Shown: positions 38,601 through 52,375 of the stretch, one piece after another
Numbering within the stretch: position 1 is the first letter of the stretch
Layout: the number at the start of each line of letters is the position of its first letter
Assembly (NCBI GenBank): GCA_965285935.1
Contig: OZ260662.1
Span: 88,784,001-88,848,000 of the forward strand
DNA: 64,000 bases
Source of the DNA: Ophelia neglecta
Taxonomy: Eukaryota
Direction: 5' to 3'
Notes under the pieces: model-generated
What the model was told of the DNA's origin: nothing
What the model saw: only the letters and a program-made list of their open reading frames with translations
The model's database searches: none
Translations under genes and position numbers: made by a program

Positions 38601-41600
38601 AACATAGCCCGTGGAAGTAAATAGTCATAGTAACAATGACATAAACTATAAAATAATTGAAAGATGAGCAAATGGAATGCATTGTTTGCTCCAGGTGCTC
38701 ACCAAAATAAAATGGTCCTCATTGTGAATAGGGATCATGGAACTAACCCTTTACTTCAACCCTGTTATGTTTCTAGTAGGTTTTATACATATTGTTAATC
38801 ATCAGAGTACTGGCAATAAGACCTCATTCATGGCTACACACCTACAGTCTGTTACTAATACTTGGTATTACCAACTAGATCTAGCAGCGTGTAACCGCAA
38901 AGTTTATAGTCATGTTTCAAGAGTTTATGATAAGTGGGGTTTTTAAAATTTGCTATTGACAAATGAGCAAAAATACATGTCATTCAGTGGAGGTATTATT
39001 TGGGCCGTTGCTTGGTTAGATAGTATCTTGGCGTGTTTGGATGAATACTTGTTCGCTCACAAACATTACCGTAGAATCCGTAATCTTCCCGGCTGAGCAC
39101 GCTTCCCATGCTAGTTAGCAGCCCTCGATTTTAACTTACTTACATTTTTAGTTCTAAGTTGGTGAGATTTCATCTACTAATTGCTAAATGTTTTGTTCGA
39201 GCATAAAGGTTTGCGCGTTCAACACAACGTCTTATATATTCCTTAATTCATCCGGACCAAAGTGACTAAGATGCTCAAAAATCAGCACTTTATAATTCAT
39301 GAAATTTAACTCGAGGCGGAACGGGTGATGGAGGTCGAAGAATATTGTCTACATTGGATGCTTTGACACTTTAAACAACTTAAGACTAATGGAGTCTCGT
39401 CTGGATGCAGAAATATAAACTGACAAATGCCAGCAGGGTAAAAATGTGCAACATTTTTAAAGATGCTTCATAGGTACAAATGAAAGCAGACCGGTTGAAT
39501 GGATCTTAAAATGAAATCTTATAGATGAATAAGGATTCAGTTTACTGGTAATAGCAAAAGCATTGGCAAAACTACAGCTTACATTGTCATGTCAAATCCT
39601 TTGCAAAATCAGGTTTGAAATCCCCGAAAGTGGGTACGGGAGGCAGGGGGGATAACCAACTTTCGGTTCTTTGCTCATTAGTGTAGATATACATAAGTTT
39701 TTCATTCATGTATTTAAAAAGTTTATTTTAAGTCATTTCTTAAATGTTGATAAGCATCAAGGTAAGTTGCTTATGTTGAAGCAATTTTTATGGAATAGCA
39801 AATTTTAGTAATAATTCTTTGGCAAGGTTGTTTAATAAAACTTCAGGTTCTTCTAGACAAGATTCACATGAAATTCCTTCATAATTTTTGATTTCTTTTA
39901 GTATAAAAGTATACTTTTGCTATACCAATATTTATTCATTTTATTCAGTGTTTCTATCTTACCTCAGCTCCTATCACCGCATACTCTGGAGTTAGGATAG
40001 CAGGATGAAAAATTCCAACTTACCAGAAACGAATAAATCAAATTAAATGAATCAGTCCAAAGTGTAGCATGGATGGTATCACGAAAAGCAAGAGACAACA
40101 AGAAGGGCTAGCTGTTTACACAAAGGGAGTACGTTGATGTGCATATTGGACAGTGCAAACGATAACGCAATAAGTTAACAAATTAACCACTGTAATTCAG
40201 AAGACAAAATATGTGCCCTTATACCCGTGTAGTGTGTGTATGAGCAAAGAAGACATATTAGTGAATCCATAATGGCGCCATAAATTTTAGTCGGCTGTCA
40301 CAAATTCCAGTAGCAGATATTACGAGTTGATATAGGTTAAACCCTTTATCAAGTTAAGAATTATAGAAAATAAAATAATCACAGGGTCTTAGGTGATCAT
40401 CATCTGTATTCATAATGTGCAATAGGGTTTTAGTCGCCTGTCCGTATGGCAACAGAAGAGGTTCTTTTATGCGTTATTTTCTTCTTCTTTTTTGGGGCGG
40501 GGAGTACTGCATTAAATGATCAATTATGGTATCTATGTCAACAGCATTTTAGGCATCTCAAATATATTTAAGCTGTATTGAGACAGGGTTTCGTACAATG
40601 TTGATTAGTTTTGACAATAATTTTATTACTTTGTTTAAAACAGTTAAAAACAAATTAACCCACTCTCACAGCTCAAATATTCGACTGATTCTTTAGGCTA
40701 CTGATTTCATTAATAGCATTTTTACCATTTGTTCACGTTTTGAACGTATGTTCCAAAATCGTATATACGGCAATTATCTGTAATCCACACTATGCTCGGC
40801 TTAGGTTTCAGCAGACGGTTCCCAGGGACCTTGATTGGTATATTACTTGTCACCTGATAAGGTGGCTTATGTTGTCTGACTAGGATTCATATCAATCTCG
40901 ATACCATTTTTCTGGCCAATTCTCTTATAGATTTGGCTGATCAAAACGTGTTGGCAAATATCTGTAGAGACTTTTGAAACAAAAATTGACTTTTTTCCAA
41001 TTACTTTTGATATAATCACTCTTGACATATGAACCCCGACTGTCCTAAAAAAACAGTCAACGAGGTATTCCCAAACCGACATTGACCTTTCATATCCGCC
41101 CAAGCGACACTGTTTTTCCCTCTCGGCAAACCACATTTTCCATTTCCTGACTTGAGATATTAGACCGAGTATATAATTCAACAAAAAACAAACACATTTC
41201 TATTGAGGCGCCTGTATTGTTTGGCAGTCATGCCTGGATTCCATTTCCACGCAATTACATGATGCAGGGAAATTGCTCTAAATTCTATTACGAATACCAA
41301 TACACATTGGCACTGCAGCTGTTTTATTGACTTTCACATAGGAAGCACACGACGTTTGTCTTCTGGTGTGCTAATGGTTCGTAAACTAGCATGTGTACTG
41401 TGGAAACAAGGAGATGGGCTGTAATGGTTTAACATTTAATATTCTGAAATGGACAATCATGGCTGACGGCATGTAAGGAATACCGATCAAGTATTTTGCG
41501 TTAGCCAGAATCTCATTATTTTCATTCGCCAACCAAGTATAATAAATAATCTGAAAGGCGCAGGACAATGTTCGCCAAATATTAACCAATTAGCTTTAAT

Positions 41601-42289
41601 TACATTATTTTAGTCTGTGTGTACCTTTAATGCAGTATTATATATAATTCCTTTCGGTGGAAATTCACTTAATACGTGTTTTAGATGTAAGTGTATAAGG
41701 CGTTACTCGTTCCTAAGACGTTCTTAGCTATCTAAGTTTCATTTCTCAAGTTCATTCGTTTCTTGCTTGCTGCAACTCCACAGGTTGTTGCACTCATGAT
41801 GATATAACATTTAAGACATTTTGTAGTAACGTTATGCAAGGAGAGAGCGGGGAAGAAGGGAAATCATAAACCAAGGCAGGTCTATATAGTCGGTCTGAAC
41901 TCATCGGGCACCACCAACACCAGGAACCGCCACCATCAGAAATCACCCGCAATCGCCATCAGAAGCAGAATATACTACCTTTACAAAGGTGCCTTTTGAG
42001 ATATATTAACGGGTCAAAAATGATAATATAGCTCCATTAGTTTACAAAGTTATCTGATACACTTTTATATAGTTGTAGCTACTCTTAAAGAAAGTTATTT
42101 TCTCTTTTTGAGCACAATTTGAGTCCTGCCGGCCATAGTAGATTACTCTTTGTCACATGCCTCCTGTTTTCTCAGTAGCGAGCGCATGTTTAGATACACA
42201 GCACAACTCCAGGGATAACTATCCCATACATATAAGCAGATGATTAAATTTTGGGAAGAAATAAACACCAAGGGGACAATTGCATCATT

Positions 42290-42590
42290 AGTCTCAACAT
42301 TTTGTTAGAGCCTTGACCATAAGACTCTCCAAGGGCATATGTCACCTCTGTACTACGTTGACTCGTTTGTTTGTGTTTTGTCATGCATCATGGAAAACTG
42401 GTGACTTCTTCCCAATGCAAGTCAAATCACATTAAAGTTTTTAATAACTATACTTTGCATACGTGCATTATTTACTAATTGTGAGCTGGAGATTAATTTA
42501 TCGTTGGTGTGGGGCTTTGGGTGCTGGTTCCTGATGATTTTAACCAACCTAATGGACTATTCTCGACTTATGATTTGGCTTTGTCATTCC
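42290..42590 (+). repeat. Interspersed repeat family A, near-complete copy
   Basis: Colinear with 52070-52375: gtctcaa.attttgt...gactctccaag...tacgttgac...gcatcatggaaaactg.tgac...tgctgg.tcctgatgatt...aatgg.ctattctcgact.atgatttg. Confidence 0.9.
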
Positions 42591-43238
42591 ATCGAAAATC
42601 AGTTATTTCGATTGTAAAAATACATATTATGGATTTTAATATATCATACAGCATATTGTGGTACAGGAAAGATTTAGGTTTCAAGGCGTAATCTTCAACA
42701 TACTCTTTCCTTTGCTTTGGAGACAAGATGGAGCTTAGATTGCGGATCATGTTTGGATCTGACGTCTTTAAGATAAATAAAACTAGGAGCTAGGGCATTT
42801 CAAAGCAAAATCAACGAACATACACCAATTCATGCCTTGGAATTCCTCTACGGATGTAATATAAAATTTCGTGTAACGTAACCGTCTTTTTGATTAGATA
42901 AGGGAATTATATACTTGTTTGCTTACTTTTCTATTTGGTCTGTGGCATATTTGAAAGGAGAGCCTATGATGTCCTATTGTGTCGTCCCATAACCATGTCT
43001 GTCTGCTACCGGCGAGTGGAGTAACATGGGCAGACTCAACAGACGGACACTGGCACCTCTTGACTAAGTTTAAGACTATAGTGATTTATGGAAAGTCCAA
43101 GGTGTCCATAGTAACCTCATAGGTCCTAAACAAGAACAATAGGTGGCGTACTTTGAGAGAAATAAGTGGACACCATACAGGTGGCAGAACCACCCGCTAT
43201 GTACACAGTAATACGAAAACGCAGCAGTACATAGTAAG

Positions 43239-45800
43239 ATTATTATTATTATTAATCTTTATTCCTCCAGTGATAGGAGAGTACAAGTAATCGAGAAAAA
43301 AATACAAATTATTTAATAATGCAAGGGAATTATTTAAATCAAATAATAATGTGAAAATATAATATGTATATTTTAGAAACAAAAAAATATGACTAACCAG
43401 TAAAATGGAACATAAAACGTGGAAAGCAGTTGGGTCACAAATTTTACCCTACAACACCAGTCTTGTTCAAGTTCACATTGCTACATTAAGGGTTATTTTT
43501 CAGAAATACTTTCAAGCAAGGTGAGCCTACAATTGTACATTTGCCATACCGCCTTAGCTACACATGCGTGAGCACCTGCGTGACCTTCTACAAAAACTTC
43601 GCCACACCCCAGTAACCATGCTGCTGTCCTCTAGTCTAATGTGAGATGGAGACCCGGTTTTGGTGCAGGCATGGGAGAAATCTGCTCCTTAACACTCAGG
43701 GCATCATAGAGAGCGGCCCGGGATGTCGACAAGGCTGGACATCGGATTAGAAAGTGCTCTTCCGTTTCAAGATCACCGTCACACAGTTTACACACTTTAT
43801 CGTCATACTTCTTGCCTAATTTGCCCTTATATGTCAAAGCGTCTGCGCCAATTAGAAGTCGGACCATCAGGCGGCATCCATCCAAGGCTACCGGTCTGGC
43901 TGCAGCCACCTTCCACCACAGGTTTGGGATGAGCCGCTCTATGGAGTCCAAGTTGTAAGCTAGCCTCCTGAGTTTAGGGTATGTGATAAGCGTTGCCAGC
44001 CACTCCTGATTACATTCATGATCTATTGCTTTCCTCATCCTACACTTCCACATAGCCTTCGGTATAACAAAGTTCAGACGAAGGTCCCGATCTACTTGGT
44101 CATGTATATTGTGCCGGCGACAGGTGTCGTATATCAACCCTACCGGATTCTTCTGACAGTATGGGAACATTAGGTTTGCAGTGGTAAAAGAGTCCAGCAC
44201 CGTCCACTTGAACCAACAAGGCTTCAGTGCAACAATGCCTCTCATTACACACAGGCGGTTATAGTCTAACTGCTCAACGATACCCCTCCACCCTAGAGTT
44301 GAGTATGCGACCGGATTAGGAGTTTGCGTTGGGAGGCGTTGAAATTTCTTCCCCCAACATCGGTTAAACTTCTCTAGTTTGTTCAGTTGGCTTTGTGTAA
44401 GTGCTACCAGTTCCAATCCATAGATTAAGCACGGAAGAACGACCTCCTGATAGAGTTTACTTGCCAACAGTGGCTGAAGCCCGTGATAACTTGTACCCAT
44501 GCAGAAAGTCATTTTGCATTTCGACTCAGCTTTTATCAGACGGTTTTGTATATAATTGTCAATGTAAGGTACTGAGTCACTCAGGGGCACGCCGACGTGA
44601 ACACATCCATCGGTGGCCTTAACATGTTGACCATACAACACTATCTCAAGTCCCCGTTGTTTCCCGCCTGTCGGTGTAAAGTGCAGGAGTACAGTCTTCT
44701 TGGGGTTAAATGAGAAACGCCACAGGCGACTGTATTCCACTGCAGCGCTAAAAGTCTCTGGAGTAGTGGTAAATGCAGGGCAATTAAGGACACGTCATCC
44801 GCAAAGGCGGGGTCAGAGCACGAGTATCCAAAGCAACCAGCTCCTACTCTCAGGCTGTCTAGGTAGCTCAGGAATCCGGCGACGTATACCTGGAATAACC
44901 GCATAGAGAGGCGGCCTCCCTGGAAAACACCTTGGTTGATTGGAAATGGTCGCGAAAGTTCATTGCCGACTCTCACGACACATTCGAATTCCGAGTACCA
45001 ACTGTTTATTAGACACCACAGTTTTCCATTAACACCCAGCTTGAACAGTTTGTATAGTAGCCCGTTAATCCAGACTCTATCGAATGCCTTCTGCATATCT
45101 AGGAGAGCTACATATACATCATTACCACGTGACGGGTTAAACTCAATTGTCTCTCTAGTGATAAGTGATACTTGTTTGCTCGAACACCCTGGCAGGGCCG
45201 TTCCCTGAGTCCGGCCTAGGCGATTTTCCTGAAGTAGCCATGGGTCAAGTCGCTGAAGCAACGCGCCTTCGAACAGCTTACATGTGACAGTTAGCAATGT
45301 TATTTTTCGGTAGTTATCCTGATCGTAAGTGGATCTATCGCCTCCTTTATGTAGGGGGATTGCGATTCCTTTTCTAAAGTTTCTGGGAATGGCCCCGGTA
45401 TCAATGATAGAGTTCAGTAAGATAGTCATGGCTATAACTGCTGCCTGACCGCCATTCTGGTGTGTTCTGGTTCTATCTCGTCCCATCCGCCTGCCTTTCC
45501 TAGCTTCATCGCACTAATAACTTTCGTCATTTCGCGACACGTAATCGGATCTGACAGGAAAATACACCGATTTTCTGAGGCACATTTCTCCATCTTCGTG
45601 ACTGACGTATCCACATCCCTTTTGAAGAGTGGACAAAAGTTTGGGTCGTTCTTTGGATTTGCCAGGTCGGCAAAGTATTTCCTCCACTCCTCGCAGATAT
45701 CCGCGGGCTCAACTAGTGTCACGCCTGCTTCTGAGCGAAGTTTCGGACCACGAGGACCTCTGCGGCGTTTATTCACGAGGTAATAGAAGTATCGCTGATA
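43239..45800 (-). mobile_element. 5'-truncated non-LTR retrotransposon (RTEX-like) with RT, C-terminal CCHC motif, 3' UTR and (TAA)n tail
   Basis: Three overlapping track ORFs join into one ORF2: KGIAIPLHKGG, NYRKITLL, VALLDMQKAFDRVW, GVFQGG.LS, PAFADD and CKLCDGDLETEEHFLIRC. 3' end is ctcctatcactggagg-AATAAA-gatt(aat)n at 43239-43279. Noticeably more GC-rich than the flanks. Clade assignment is from recollection of motifs. Confidence 0.95.
43490..45800 (-). pseudogene. Disrupted LINE ORF2 (reverse transcriptase); endonuclease domain missing
   Basis: Frameshifts near 45470 and 44710 and a premature TAG at 43631-43633. The frame continues beyond it (RTAAWLLGCGEV...WQMYNCR...) to a stop at about 43490. 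Confidence 0.85.
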
Positions 45801-48329
45801 AGGTCATATAAATTCCACAAACAATATCCCTTTCAGACGGCCACAACAAAGAGATCAAGGCCTCCTGTAACATACATATTATGGGCCTGTTACATGTTGT
45901 AACTGATATTTTGTAATTGACTTTGACAATAGATACATGCTTTTAGTGGGAACTAGCCTTCTCGGTGCGTGTAGGCAATATTTATCTAACAGGAAAGTAC
46001 CGATATAATTCATTTTTTTCACATAAATTTAACGATCGACTTGTTTATGACCACCACTTTGTTGAAACAACATTATGCACGATTACATACAAACACAAAT
46101 AGGCCCACTACAAAAAATTATCTAATGTATGTAAAAATATTCGATTGCTATAACTTAGATAGATATACCCTTAACACAGCATGCTAACTATTTGAACTGG
46201 GATGTTTATTTGAAAATTATTAATAGGTAAACAGACTCTTGAGATTGTACCCCACGAACACAACCAACTAATGGATGACATAATTCAAATCCTTTCTCCA
46301 TTGTACCCCTGGCACCGTGTTACGTAGTTTCGCTCTTATATTTCTGAATAGGAAAAAACTGAAATATTTCGACACAATAGTGTAAGAAGAATCAATCCAT
46401 AAAAAAATACATCCTTAACTCAAAATACACTAATAGTACTAAGTACATCAGGTGAATAAAGAGTATTTATCAAATTAAACTCACTTATCTATTACATGGT
46501 GTAAGATTTGGGGTTTACCGACACATAAGCACCATGAAGGCCATCTAGTGTCTTTAAGTTGGGTATATTTCATATGTTAGTATCAATATTGTATTTATTT
46601 ATATTAGCCTGTAGTCATGGCATCAGCAACATGTTATTCAGCATCATTGTGTAAAACATTCTCTTAGTGTATTTCTGTTCTGGTCAAAAAGCATTAGTAG
46701 ATGTCCATACATATTTAGTAAGTCGATGAATAGGTAAATGGTGTATGAAACTCTCAAAAGGTAAAAATCTCTTCCATGTTCGAGATCTATTACATTTTCT
46801 ATAGGTCTTAGGTATTGAATAATCTGTTGTGGACAGACCCTGTCAAACAGTTTTTAAGTTGGCAAGATTTAAAAACGGTTTCAGTTTTCATGAAACATGG
46901 CGTAAGACCCGTTATAACCCGGATGCTTATTAGGTAAAAGCGTAATTTCTATAACATCAACGAAAGCAGTAAATCTCTTCATGTACAGTAAAATTTGCTG
47001 TTTAATTTCTTGACTTCAACGAGATAGAAATTGGCTTTGACTCAACAGCCCTTCCTCAACTGATTTTCTCTCAAGTGGCATCCACTCAGTCTTCGGTAAA
47101 TGACCACATGATTGATCTTTATTATCAAAGCTCTTTGGAACCCTTTAATGCATTCGGCTGGCGACGTTTTTCTTTGTTTTCGTGCCAATTTAAATATGGT
47201 TGGGTTCCCTGCCTGATAGGCAACCGAATTTTGTATTAAGGGACCTTCGTTTGATATTTTGATTCACTGTGATTTTACTCCCAATCGGACGATACATCAA
47301 AGACCGAATTAATGGCCCTTGCTGTTGAATTTAATGGTTTATTGGTGTAAAGTACAGGCCACGAAACCGATGCATTTCATTGAAAAGTTGGGATTGATGC
47401 CCGGCGACATAACTCAGGAATGTATCGGCAGCCTTGGCTGGTATAATATTGGCCAGATGTCACCCCTCCCTCCTTTTGGAAAAGTCTGAACAGGACTCTG
47501 TGAATCAGGGTCTTTTAATCATTGTAAAGGTTGCAACGTCTTGTAAAGCCTAGGAAATGTAACTGAAACATTATTATGCATACTCTTAAGAAAAGCAATG
47601 TCCAGAGGGTTTTTATTAACATATTTCAGGTGAAGTAGGTCCTGATGGTTACCGAAAACTAGATAAATCTTTTATGTCCTAAATGCTAAAGGAAAGTTTT
47701 TCGACTTCATTTTTCATATATTCACAACAATAGGGTGCATTACGCTAGTAGTTCTGTCTAAAGCCCTGCGCCTGGGGCAAAAGAATTAAGAAATGCGGCG
47801 TAGCAAATGTAAAAAAAATCTACTATTACTAGCAAGCTGCATCACATAGTGTAAAAAGGGCCAAGTTAAACAGGAAAATGGTCTACTTAAAATGGCCTAA
47901 CTGATATTTATATAGTTGTCAAGACGTGTGATCAAGCTAAACATAGCCTTAGGGTTCCGATGTCTAAATTAGGCGGTCCTAGAATTATACATAACTCCCA
48001 TTTTGACCAAAATGCCATCTAGCCGATTTATTCATTAGTGTTCCGATATATATGAGGTAGATTTCATGAAATTTCATTGTTATGTCTTTTGGGTCAGCAG
48101 CAATTTTCTTTTTCTATGACGTAAGTCAAATTACTAAATAAATTCAAATTGTTTGGCCATTTTAGATACTGGACGGAACAGCTGCAAACACAAAAAATCG
48201 TTCCTTTTACACTCGACTCACTTTTGAATGATGTAATTCTTTTGTTAACTCTTGGAGAGTTCACATTAAGTTACTTTTTGGTGTCATATGAAATGAATTC
48301 ATAGATGGCATATAGCAAATAAACCAATT

Positions 48330-49330
48330 GTAATTATTGTCCTAGCGTGGTATTACGGAGCATATATGCCTTCACATTGCCTTTTTAAGAATATCGTGTA
48401 ATCTATTCCTCTGTCGGGTGTGATAGGTGGGAAACAAGAATTGTGTACAAACGTCTCGTCAAAAATAGGAGGCAATACAACCTTGCCTAACTTAAACCTG
48501 AATATAGTGATGCAATATGAATAAATCTTGGCTATTGGAAGCAAGTTTAGTTTGTCAAAAAACATAACGGTGTGTGCCTTGTATCATGCAGAAGCTACGA
48601 TTCGAACTCCTGTTTTCTGAAGTTGGATATGCAGAGCCCCATACCTCAATGCAGTAAGTCAAATATATAGTATAAACTAAGAATATAAGTAAAAAACAAA
48701 GTTTTTTAACGACATTTGTTCAATATTCCTATATCCTTCGATTTAATAAGTTTAATATGCTAAGACCACTCAAGTCTCTTATCAATAATTACACCGATGA
48801 ACTTTGTAAAGAATACTCTCTACAATCGCTCTCCATTGATAAAAACATCACTAAGCGTCGATTTTCATTGCAAAATAAAATATATTGTGTTTTTCAAGGT
48901 TCAGAGACAGTTTATTGACAGAAAGGCATTCAATTTTTTTTTTTTGACAAATTTTTACAAATTAACTAGGACGTTTGTGTCATCCTTACACGGTAGCGGA
49001 AATAAGACCGATGATACATTAAATACTTTATAACCTTCAGTTAGTACATCTGCGAACGTTCACTTCGTTTAAATATAATAGAAATAGTAGGGGCCCCAAA
49101 ATCGACCCATTTGGTACACCGCAGGAAATGGTTCTACCACGGAGAAACTTTCGAGATGGGACAGATATTGGGATCTTATGGGCAAATAATAACTGAAATA
49201 ACGCACATACTCACAAAATCTCCAAACGCTTTTAGCATAATAAACGTTGCTACATACTTCGACTGCATTAGGGAATGGATAAACACTGAGTCATTCGGAA
49301 CCTCTAACATAAAGCAATGATTGTTTTCAT
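48330..49330 (-). mobile_element. Old degenerate CR1-group (Crack-like) LINE RT fragment
   Basis: Remnants CGVPNGSILGPLLFLLYLNE (about 49065-49125), KFIGVIIDKRLEWS*HI (about 48755-48805) and MFFDKLNLLPIAKIY...LPPIFDETF, with many stops and indels. Confidence 0.85.
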
Positions 49331-52069
49331 TTGCTTGGCAAGTAATGGTTTCAATGATAAGTGTCATTGTGAAAAGTGGCTGGCCTGACAGATAATCACT
49401 TTAATGGACCTATCTATGCATTTGTAACGTACATGGAGTTTATCTCGTAAGCGCGACCACACTAGCCATGCCGGTTGGTTTGTATGGTTTTTGACATGCA
49501 AGACCCTTCGCATGAATTGTGCACTTTCATGACATATCGGCGACTTTGTGAAAGGTTCAAATCAGGTAGATTTTAAAAGCCCACAATCTGCGATCAATAC
49601 TAATATCCCAGACATACTCCGGATCTAGGAAACTATGGTGACAGCTGAGACCGAACCCTCGGTCAATTTCGCCCAAATAATAACTGCCAGATTGTTGACG
49701 AAGCGCCCGATATAGTTTGTATCAAGTGCCACTAAAATTATTCTACACGGAAATTATCATCAATAAGATAGGTATATGAATGCAGCATACTTATTTGGGG
49801 ATAGTATCTTGTCACAGGCTGTAAAAGATATAACAGAAATGCATGAAACTCAGCGTATGACTATCAAACGTCCGATCTTGATATCGCAGGAGTCTGTTTT
49901 GTTCTTTTAGAGATGAGTGTATTTATTGGTTTGAAGAGGATCTTATATAAACTGAGCCTTTCAATTCTTTATTCTCGGTACTGTATTTGTAATTAGCGCT
50001 TTGAATCTGTGCCGGTGTCTTAATGAATTTGGGAGTCATCTAGGTACTACTCATTTTCCAACTGACGGATTAAGGATGAAGCACCTATGCTCGAATAGTG
50101 AATAGTCATAAACTAAATCAGCCCTCATACGTCTATGTTCAGAATGTAGATATTTCACTGTTGAAGATGTCGGGCATTATTTTGTAAAGGCATGACGAAA
50201 ACTAAAAAGTGAGTTTGTAAACTTCATCATTTATAACGGTGCCTGGAAGGATGACATTCTCCCAAGTTATTATACCTATCCATTTCGATTCAATAAACTT
50301 TAAAGGTGAGAGAATCACGTGATATAGAAATTGGTAGATCGGTCAGTGTGCTTCTCGATGACCCAAATACCAAACCCAGAGCCGGTTTTATATCTTAAAA
50401 CAGGATCTACGTAGGATGCAAATGTGTTACCCAAACATCTATGCAATAAGACAAGTATGTGTCCATGAAAGAGTAGTATAATAATACAATAACATTTATC
50501 CGTAAAAGTGCCAGAAAATCAAATTCCCAAAAACCAAATATGAAATTATATTTCTTTACTGATATACAACTCTGAATTAGTCGTAGATGTATAGTATACG
50601 TTTAAACCTTCAGTACATCTGCGCATTGTCTGCATGGCCAGAGGGTGAATGTTCTTGCCAGACGATTTATCGCCTTCATTGTCTGACGTTTGGCTGCTTG
50701 TGGGGAAGTACAGGTTGGCAGCTCTTGTGCTAGCAGCGTTTAAGGGCAACACCGCATGTCCCGATTGTGCCAAGTCAGTTTTAATATCAGGCGCAATCCT
50801 ATGGAAGCCATAGTCTCTCTTAAAGTTGTTAAAACTGCTTCGACAATCAGTGAATGCATCCAGTGAGATGGTACCATCTGAGTGAGAACGGCGAGGGACT
50901 AGGATTAATAAGTTCATAGCCTTTTTTCCAGCTACAGAGAATGGAGACATACATCAGTGTGCAGTTGATTGCAAACACATATAGGCAATCAACACATTTT
51001 AAGGTTGAATATGTGCTGGAGATATTCAGTCAGGCTGCAGGGAATTGTTTTACACGCCTCGGCGCCCGCAATGCTTGGAGCAAAATGAATCTATCATTTG
51101 CTGTTTTTGAAAACTGAAAAACCTGTATAGAGTTGCCAACGAAAACGCCATTACTTCCCTATTTTTATACAAAGCCGCAAATGAAGGCATTTTGCAAATG
51201 CCTAGCTTACATCTGCATCATTCCAGTACAATATGCGACATTAAAGTAAATATTTTGCACAGGCTGGGAGATTAAAAGATTTTAGACTACATGCGCTATC
51301 TCCCAAGATGGTAAATGACCATGAGCTATATACTAAACCAATTACCTATGACAAGACCTCGTATCATCCAATTCATGGTACAAGTATCATCAACATAGGC
51401 ATTGACGGCAATATTCATCAAAGCCCGGAATCAACCTCGCTTTTAAGTACGATTTATTGCGTTCAATATATTTGTTAAAGCTGTTGACTACTATACAAAC
51501 AATCGTGGCATTATACTTTGTAAGCTCAACATCACAGCGCACGAAGCGCCGGATACAGGAACCCGTTTCGGAGACAATTTCATCTCAATATTTGATGAGA
51601 ACATAGACCATCATAGACTATTTCATCAAGCCCAAATAAGAGTCAGAAATATAATCGAAGAGTGTCCTTTAGACTGCTCTTGTTGTGTTTTTTTAGCCTT
51701 TGTTTTAACACCGAAGCAGATCAAGACTGTACTGTACATTACTGAGTGATAAATTACGCTTATTCTAGGCGTATTGCCATGTGCTTTTGCTTAATACTGA
51801 CATAATATAACATGTTGCAGATACTTGTGTTCAGTCACAATAAAAGCGTGCCTGGTTCGCTTTAAATTTTGTGTTTCTTTAATATGGAAGGACATTTTAC
51901 ACCATTCTCTTTTTTGTTTGTTAATGTCCTGTATCGGTCGCTTCTTCACTGTCGGCGCTGTGGGGGATAGATACAACAACCCCACGCTGGCCTGTACCAA
52001 CAACAGGGCCAGACAAACATCGTACGAAGCGTCGGGTGCAGGGACTTGTTTTTGAGATTATTTCATCGT

Positions 52070-52375
52070 AAGTCTCAATATTTTGTGAGGTCGTAGACCG
52101 TCATAGACTCTCCAAGATAACATTTAACCTCTGTCATACGTTGACCACTGACTTGTTTGTTCTGTGTTCCGACCCGCATCATGGAAAACTGATGACTACT
52201 TTTCAATGTAAGTGATATCAACTGTATGTCTTAAATTCTTATTATTTGCATTTAAAGTGTTTTTACTTAATGGGCTGATGTTGCTGGATCCTGATGATTA
52301 CGGACCCATTTAATGGTCTATTCTCGACTAATGATTTGTCTTTATCTGCCAGGTATCCGCTCCCGTTTTTACTAA
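52070..52375 (+). repeat. Interspersed repeat family A, near-complete copy
   Basis: Contains both blocks and ends ctgccaggtatccgctcccgtttttac. Colinear with 42290-42590. Confidence 0.9.

Noticed and set aside
41822-41985. Solo-LTR-like TG...CA segment with a TATA-like motif
   Set aside because: No target-site duplication and no second copy.
43723-45811. Plus-strand ORFs within the LINE
   Set aside because: Antisense shadows of the RT ORF.
47380-47490. Minus-strand KEGGVTSGQYYTSQGCRYIP resembling a cathepsin B segment
   Set aside because: Flanking residues do not follow cathepsin B and a stop follows quickly; probably coincidence.
50546-50950. 134-aa minus ORF
   Set aside because: No recognisable homology, and no partner exons were found.
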